A stretch of DNA of 20,000 nt, taken from assembly GCA_000934665.2 (NCBI GenBank), contig JYFJ02001629.1:54042-74041 (forward strand). The letters run 5' to 3'. Below are positions 11,354-20,000 of this stretch, piece after piece. Under the pieces are notes generated by a model. That model was not told the origin of the DNA. It was given only the letters and a program-made list of their open reading frames with translations, and did no database searches. Each line of letters starts with the position of its first letter. Positions within the stretch are counted from its first letter, which is position 1. The translations under genes and the position numbers were made by a program. This DNA is from Catajapyx aquilonaris. Its lineage: Eukaryota.

Positions 11354-14300
11354 AAAATATTACATGAATGATAATAATATTCAGTGCAATCTGCCAGGCG
11401 CCTAACAATGTAAAATTACCTGATTGTTGACCCCAGCAACTATATTTTGTATAATAAAATGAGAAATCACTGGTTAAATTTCTTCAGTTTCCAACATTTT
11501 AACCGACCGTTAATTACGATTAGATATAGTTTGCTGTGATTATTTCATATTATATATACGTAGCCTATGCATATTATTTGTTATTTGTTATTTTATTTTA
11601 TTTTTTAATATTTTGCTTCAAGCTTGAATCTGCTGGCTTCAAAAATGTACATATTCTAGGTCGCAATGCGCTACTCTTGCATAAGTAATGTCATAAATGT
11701 CACGTGAAACATGCTGTGCTGTCCTTTACGCCGCATGACGCACTGTTTTATTTTTCCTGGTAACGTGTAACCGCAGCGGAATCATTTACCCACATAAATA
11801 GTTGCGTATGTCATATACCCACAGGAAACTTGCGGAGTATTTTTGTCAAAAAAAAAAACTTGATTAGCTCAATGCAAGGGTTTGTTTCAATTGCGTCTAA
11901 GTGTGTCATCCAAGGGCGTGGCTTACCTTTTTTTAACGCATAATTAAGGGTGGCCTAATTTATTTTTTTTACCATGCGGTTGTAACTGGATAAACAAACA
12001 GAGCGTGATGGATGAGGATGCATGTACGCTTCGTGACTCTTGCAATGAGGTAGTAATGTGTGTAATTGTCTGCTCATTCATGAAGATGGAAAAAGAGTCG
12101 TCTAGGGTCCCAAATTATGTAAATATTACACTGATATAATATTGCTAATGTGCAATTATTTTTATGCAGATTTTCATTGCTACACGCTTCTATAGTACAA
12201 ATGTGCGAAAATATTTGAATATCCATACAAATTAAATATTTTCCATAATTTGTTGGAATTTAGTTGTTTTTTCATTTCAACTCGTACCGTTTGCTGAAGA
12301 CAAACTCTTCTCGTAAAATCTGAGCCAAAAATTGTCTGCAAAAAGGGCTCTCTCTTATTCCATCAGCCTCATTACCCCCTTTTGGTCTGCTTCTCAATTC
12401 AAACGTCGACTTTGTGGCAAGTAATCAAGGCAGACAATGCCAAGTTCTTTAACTCCTAATTATGATGTCATCCCTCTGGCTTGATGGACTGTCTGGCAAA
12501 CTTCCCCTTTTTAAATGTGTATATATTCCGCGTGCCTGCTTATGAAACGATAAAGACCCTAAACTTATGGGATGCAAAAGCATTTAAGCTGAGCTATTAA
12601 AAACTTTTATCACATGACAGACTCTGCTGTTTTCAAAATAAGGAGAATGCTGGATTACTGTACAGTGTATTACCAAAGTGATTTATGGACACATTCAATT
12701 AGTGTCAATATTAGCTCATATTTGCACAGTTCAGTTGATGTATTGATGCTAATTTTCCGGGTGTAACAATACATTTACATGTGTTACCGGACATTATTTT
12801 GCAAGCCAGCACATGGTATATAGAGGAGATTCAGGCTACAGCAGCCGGCTTGGCAATTATTCCGACTCTTAAAACGGTTATCAGAATAAGCAAAGTGGTA
12901 GTTACCAAAAAAAATAGCACCTATCCATTTATACGAGCAGGGAGTAATTCCTACTAATAGTCAAGTGCAGCTATGAATGTTCCGGAAGATACGGAAGGCT
13001 GAGTCTGAGCACTTCTCTAAAGTTCCGTTAGCTCTCCCAGATTGTGCGAGAGGAGCCCTTTAAGAATCCTAGACAAGTACTAACACTAATTATAACTTGA
13101 GAGCAGCCGCCTAATTATTAACTGATACTACGAGGCGCGACGGAACGGTGAAAAAAAAACTGGTTAAGTAAACAGAAGAATCTGGAATATGGATTCAACC
13201 CGTATATACATTTTCGCAAACTTTAAGTAACATCTGAAAAATTAAACAGTTCTAGTTCTGAACAAATTGTAATTATATGTATATATTTTTGTAATTTACT
13301 CACCCTTTAAAATCGATGCCTTTTAATATGATTACTTGTATTTGTTGTGTACACTGTACAGGCATCAGTTATGCGCGGCGATAGTGATCACGCTGATCAA
13401 CTTACTAAACGCACTCATTATTGCGCAGCGTAATCAGTGTATTCATCAACAAGCTCATATTGTGACAGCAGGTTACACAATCGCGCCATATGTGTGTGTG
13501 TATTACGTAATATCACAGAGAGTGTGCCTCAAAATGTATACAGCTATAGCAGCATTGTAACTATATGTCACATTATGGAGAACAATATCTCTCAACGCCT
13601 TTGCTAATTATTCAGACCTGGAGGCAAACTATTCATTAAGTAAAGCATAATAATGGCTTCGTATTTAAATTGCTCCATTACATGCCTCTAAGCCTATAAC
13701 TGGGGTGGAAAGTTCTCCTTCATGAAGAGGCTTTTACAAGGCCAGGCTTTGCATTAATTGCAATTCCTTTGAAGACCCCCTTGCAGAATCCAATATTATT
13801 TGCGAAAAGGATACACAATCCTTTTCAGGCTTCCCCCCCCCCCCCCAAAAAAAGAGAGAATTTTCAAAAAAAAAAATGAAAACTGAGATAAGTTGGAAAC
13901 AAAGGCATGCTTTCCTTGAGGCTAACATCAAACTGCTCCAGCAGTCTATAACAGTAAAACGCAGTGTTCTCCATCAACTTCACACAGGTCTTAAAACCTA
14001 CTATAGAGACCGGGCTTCATTGATTAAAACGTAGCCAGAAGCAAAACCGCCCCCGATAGAAACCACTAATGGCCTCTACAGGGGTCTTTCGTTTTTTTTT
14101 TAACGAAAAAATTCCTGGCTCAAAAAATTTCTTTTGTGAACAAACAAAGCCCCTGGGCTCGTGGTTTTAAAAAAAAGTTGAGAATATGACCTCACATTTT
14201 CTCAGAAAGTACGTGTGCATTACGTGCGGACCTACAATTACATGGTTATGCAATGTGATATACTGTAAATGTCGCGTACTGGTTCGCGTATTTTTAGAGC

Positions 14301-17300
14301 CATTTCCCATTCTGAAACACACTGGAGTCGACCCAAATCGATTTTATTCTTTGCAAAATCCTGCCAAAAAAAAATTTGGCGGAAGAAAATGAGTTTGGCC
14401 AGAGAAGGAGAGAGTCTGGATAATGCAATTAGACAGGTTTCCCAGTGAGAGGCCTTTAACATTTGATGAGTCTTGTATAGCACGATCCCTGGCCTTGCTT
14501 CCGTTTCAGAAATGTGCCCGCAAACTTTTCCGCCAATTAAATCCCAACTTTCTTAACCTAACCACACACGCCCCTTGGTGTAGTAGGTAGAGTCTCAACT
14601 TAAGTTCTCAAAATAATTCATTACACGACCGGAAAAAAAATTACAATCCATTTAATTGCGTCACAGAACGACGGAACGAGTTGCTTCTTTTGAAACCTGT
14701 TGCTGGAGCAGATAATTTTGTCATTTTTTTGACTTTGAGCAACTGGCGTACCACAGTATGTGTATGTAGACTGAAACTAACCAAAGCAATATGCTGTGAA
14801 ATGGTATTACCCGCAAACTGTGGGTGGAATGAACACTCGCATGACTGGCTTGTGTCCACATTAAAAGGGGGGGGCTCCAGACAGGAATACCGATAAGGAA
14901 TATTTGACATGCACACACACATATACTCACAAACAGAAGCATCAGGACAACATGGGCTTCCTCTTCTCGTGCCAATCATTCACATTTATCTATATCTTTT
15001 TCTAGGTTCCGGCATTATTTTCCAGCCAGATTGACGTCTGCGGTTTTGGACAAAAGCAGAGTCTGAAAACTGCGGGTTTTAAATTCCAGTCATATAATGA
15101 GCGGTAACTGTCAATCGGATTTTACTGGATGGAGAGAAAAAAAATCTGATATTTTGCTAATTAGTTCGTAGATGCGTCATGCAAGCTATGTCATTCCGTG
15201 GTGCTGAATATTTTTCATTAATATTTTATGCAACGAACGCGGTTGTAATTAACTGCGGTTGGTTATATGGGCGGATGACAAATATTTTGGGATTAAATAT
15301 TGCTTATAACAATATGTGCACAGTGGTTAGCGAGCGAGTCAAAGGATTGGCACTATGTGGAAAATGAGAATTCATTAATTATGCGGTACGGACCTGCATT
15401 GATACAGTGCATAACTTTGTTACATGGAAACGGACTGTCATAATAAAATTAAGCGAAACAAACATCATATTCATCAAATCAAATATTAAAATGATGAGGG
15501 ATGGATTACATTTAGCATGTTAAACATTTGCATTTTGTTATTTTCTCCTTGTAATGACTTTTTAAATATTTGGGGACTAATTATAACAACGCAGGTTCCG
15601 ATTGAGTGTTTTCTCCGTTCGCTTCAGTTTTCTCGGCTTTCCCACGTAATTATATATTCAGGCATGACGATATAAATCATTATTTACCAGCAACTCATCA
15701 ACTGTCTATAATTGAACGAGTACAGATCACATTAAATTTAAGTCATAACCGGTTGTATTTGATCAAAAGAATAATATATTGCTCCAATTGATTTTTATCA
15801 CTTTCATGACAAAATGTTTATGTTAGAGAATCTATTATTTCTGTTTCCACATTTTACCCTTTGTATGATGCAGGAAATGGGCATTTGCGTTTTATTCTGA
15901 CTATTACACGCTCACTTTTTTCGTACAGTATTTTCCGGAATTCAGTGGCATGGATGGAGCGAAGCACAATTAATTATTAATAGAGCTTTCCAGCTCTCCA
16001 ATTTTTGCTCCACAAAATCAGCTTATGTTCATCTTGTCAATGTTTTTGCACCACAATGAGTTCTCGTATTGAAAAAATTGGAGCACACACCCACAGCTCT
16101 TCAATATGAGGCAAAATAAATATCGGCACTACTTGATGGTGCAGTACTGTATATGACAGCCAAGCAATAATTCTTAGCAATAAGAAGCTTAATAATAAGC
16201 AATAAAGTCATTTTGTGCGCTCAAAGGTAAAAACATCCTAAGGCAAACATTCTGTTGAGGCTCCTTCTGCGCTTCTTAGATCATTGAAATATAGACTACC
16301 AGATTTTATTAATTATTATGACTGATTATGGATATTGTAGATAATATGAAGACTCCAATAAATTCCACACGCACACAGGAAAAATGAATGTGTCAAAACT
16401 TCTCAATTTGATTTGATGTAAATATTGGACGACTTATTAACTCATCATGTACTGTACAGTATACACAGGACGTCCATAGAAAGCGGGTCGGATTTTTTTT
16501 TTTCGTTTTATTGTTTCATTTTTAAAAGGGGAGCTCTCTATTGATGTAGAGCTGATTGCATAATATTCGCCACAAAATATGCGAGCCTTCCGGCTTTTCC
16601 GCTGTAAATTGACGTGCGATAATGTGTTACACAACAGGTCCGACACCGCTGAAAAATTCAGATTTCGGGGGAGAGGCAAAAATTAATAAGGCGAGCAATC
16701 AATTTTTCCGTGCAAAATCATTTGGCGTAAACTAGATGGGGGCAGAGCCGACACCTGCTTCAAACCTGAATTAATTCAGCGCCGTTTTTTTAAATATTCC
16801 CAGCGGCAATATTGCAAATGTACAAACTGACCGCGATATTTGACGTGAACAAAGCTGGGAAGTTTTGCAAAAATTGAAGTTTATTTCCAGGGAGATAATT
16901 CAGTTGGCATCCTTTGATTAGGGTGCGTTTGGGAACCCAGCAAAATAATATCGCGCTTTAAATGCACATCATGATCGGATTAGTCGGAATTTAAATCCCC
17001 TCCCATTGAGGCGTCTAAAGCCAGCCCATGTCGTGTTAAGTCCGACCCGGGATTCACAGGGTGTCATTACAAGATGCGATGCAGTCGGTACGTGGCTGAG
17101 GGCACGTCATCATTAAACGGGGACCTCTATCTGTCATGCTGTCAAATGCACTTCGGCCATACACAGGGCATAATAAGCCCTGTGACGGAAGGAATCATCA
17201 TTAGCGAAGATAAACGACAAAGGATTAAACCCTATTCCTTATATTTAAAAAAATTAAACCTCAAAAGGTTGTTCCGCTCTTACAATTTAAATATTTCGAT

Positions 17301-17641
17301 TTTGACCCCAATTTATCAAATTTTTTTGCTCACAAACAAAGCGGTTGAATCAAAATCTTGTATTGGCAAAATGTTTCAGATTTTTGCGCACTATTTGTAT
17401 CTGCGTGTGGACAGCCCTTTGATGGTCCCCATGCATGCAAAGGATCCCAGGAGATAAGTTGACCCCAGTGATGTTGGGATCACTCGAATTACCACACAGA
17501 AAGTGAGCTCAATTACTAGTGAGAGAAACCGATTAGGATCGAGATATATCAGGGAACAAATCCCAGGAGAAAAATTTGAGACCATTTTTTTGCCGGTTGT
17601 TGCTTTCGTTTGGTTGTATACAACCAGACGAACCAGCAAAA

Positions 17642-17707
17642 AAAACTTTCAAAGAGACAGACATTTTGGCTATATATAGCCAAAATGTCTGTCTCTTTGA
17701 AAGTTTT
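17642..17707. repeat. Perfect 66-bp spacerless palindrome centred on TATATATA
   Basis: AAAACTTTCAAAGAGACAGACATTTTGGC-TATATATA-GCCAAAATGTCTGTCTCTTTGAAAGTTTT; all 33 base pairs checked by hand. Confidence 0.95.
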
Positions 17708-19903
17708 ACAACTCGAGTAAAAATTCGCTCTACAAGAAGTCAAAATCGATGCGGTGAAGTAATTTAAGGCGGTCCTTAGTTCATCAGCACCTCCAGGTTT
17801 AATTAACTATTCTTGTTCTGAAGGTTCACTCAGTGCTGCTTTGTTCTCCGGCAATATTAGAAATGTGGCCTTAAGAGCTGTCACCTTATAAATCGCATAA
17901 AAATGGATTTAGTTCTCAAAATCTCAGCGCATACGAATTACATTCTATAAAAAGCTGAAAGTTAATTTATTTTTCAGCCCTTGGATATTGTTTCATATAT
18001 AATTTACATTTATTTCTTCTGATCGTTGATCTGGGGAGGACACAGTATTAATTGGTTTTCTGCGATTTAAAATATTATCCTGCACATTTTTGCAAAATTA
18101 ATCCAGTGCCCTTGCCCTGCATTCAAGCTTATTAGTTGAACTTCCTGTCCTCCCGTGCCTGCAAAGTGCGTATAATAATTGCAGCATCCGTCAAGCCATG
18201 CTAATATAACTTCCGCGCGTGTATACTATGCTGTTGACGGAAAACTGTCCAGGCAAAGGGATGCCATTCGCTAAAAAAATTGCAAAATCTGCAGGCAACT
18301 CCGGCTTCCTCATTATGCATCTCGTATAGTATAATATCCTCTGGAGAAGTAAGAGCAGCTAGGGCCGTATAATAAACGATCGCAGTGTCAGACCTCATCA
18401 GGCACTTCATCAGTGTTTTCTGCTTTCTTTCTCACAATTTGCTTCCAACTCAAGCCGCATTTCCATTCTTCATTGCAGCCTTGCAGTACAGACCCGTGCA
18501 AAAGTGATTTTGCAAAAAAAATGCAAATCACCCGGGTACACAGTACGTTTCATTAGGAATTTATTCGAACTAAAATCACTAAGCAACTATTGAAAGTTGG
18601 CAAAAAATTTTTAGTCATATTTATTGTTTTAAAAGTGAGATTGACTAGGTTCATATACGGTATATTTATTTATTTAAAAAATGAGGTTCATCTGACTCCA
18701 AGTCGATTTAAAATGATTTTCCGTTTAAAATTTAAATTTTGAGCCGACTTTGCAAAATTTATGGCTGCGCACTAAATTCCTCACACTTCATGGGTAGCTT
18801 CTTTTAATTAGAATTCTCCCTCCGTTGACTAATCAAGTTACACATTTTGCATATGGTACTAACATGCTGCTGCCCTCGAATTATTAGGAGACGACTCAAT
18901 AATAGCGCTTGGAAATTACATTGTCATGTGTGTTCGTAAAAGAAAAAAAAAAAGAGTTACACTGCGCGGTGTAAATCACTTTAAAATCGAGCGCAAGTCA
19001 TATAAACTATTCGATTTTCCAGCCCCCACCCCCAGATCGTATAATTTCTGAGCGATCGCATCGGAAAACACTCAAACGGATTTTTTTTTTTCTTCTTTTC
19101 CTTAGGGTTATGCAACAACGTTCGTATCCTTTTACGACCGCATTTGGACCCGTAGATACAATCCCTTCTGATCCTAAAACTGTCCTTTTTTTCCTCTCCC
19201 AGGAGACCGTAAATCATTGGCCAGCATTACACTGTCAAGAAACATCGTATTTTATTCAATATTATATGGCTAAAACGACCCGACACTTTTATAATAATTA
19301 CTAACAAACTTAAACATTTCGTCACAATGTCATCCAAATTTAAAGCAATTTCCTCACAACGTCCGTCCAAAATTTCGGCACTTTCCGGGCGGTTCATAAA
19401 GGAGACAAGATCTAGCAATGTTGACTCCGGAAGTTCCAAGCTCGCCGTTTAGATAGAACCAGGATGAAATATAAGCATGGCCAGAAGGGGTTAGCACGAA
19501 AAAGGAGCTAACAGGGCCATTCTGGCTGAGCTATATATGTTACTACTCCTGAGGGAAATGGCAACCCGTTCTTCCCACTTCATCCCGGATCTGCCAACCG
19601 CAAAAACCAATCAATTTTGGACGCGAGAGTTATGCCAGAAACCACTGAGCCAATTTAACACCTTCCAAAAAGTGTGTGGTTCTGACCGCTGACAAGTTAA
19701 GTAATGTAGCTGACCTGAAGATTCGCAGAGGATCCGTTCTTCGCACGGTGATTTACACATAAAAGAAATATAAATCGGTCATTTTGAAAATTATTAGAAT
19801 TTATTATATGCTGTTTGGTGTCTTAATAAATTCTAAATTTTAGGTACTTATACTCAAAAAGTTGCAGTTTTCGGACTTTTCCCTCGCAAGACGTCAGTGT
19901 CAG

Positions 19904-20000
19904 GGAGCATATGCTACATAAGAGGCGGAAACATTCGATTTCCGCGTCTCTCTGTTTGGGGCCGTTGCCAAGGCTGGCGGCCATCTTGAAGTGTGGGGAA
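19904..20000. mobile_element. Second copy of the same MITE-like element (one arm; truncated by the window end)
   Basis: GGAGCATATGCTACATAAGAGGCGGAAACATTCGATTTCCGCGTCTCTCTGTTTGGGGCCGTTGCCAAGGCTGGCGGCCATCTTGAAGTGTGGGGAA nearly matches the reverse complement of 10603-10698 and the left arm 10360-10451. Confidence 0.88.

Noticed and set aside
19227..19530. Minus-strand open stretches with a donor-like GTTAGT near 19305
   Set aside because: No recognisable protein and no supported acceptor; cannot be called a nested gene or transposase relic.

Overview
Eukaryotic, AT-rich, mostly non-coding genomic DNA, probably from an invertebrate. The only convincing protein-coding feature is the first coding exon (+ strand, 9595-10327) of a group I-type (GRM1/GRM5-like) metabotropic glutamate receptor, a class C GPCR. 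It encodes a signal peptide and the N-terminal part of the Venus-flytrap domain. It is preceded by a splice acceptor at 9555 and followed by a phase-1 intron of more than 9.6 kb that runs off the window. The flanks contain many palindromic or foldback elements. The clearest is a ~340-bp MITE-like hairpin starting 32 nt into the intron, with a second copy at the window's right edge. There is also a perfect 66-bp spacerless palindrome, a decayed ~200-bp foldback and several small Tc1/mariner-like remnants. I found no strong evidence for a new multi-gene system. The best leads are the splice-proximal foldback element, the perfect palindrome, an overlapping uORF and AG|GT junction at the exon start, and substitutions in the receptor's ligand/Ca2+-sensing loop.
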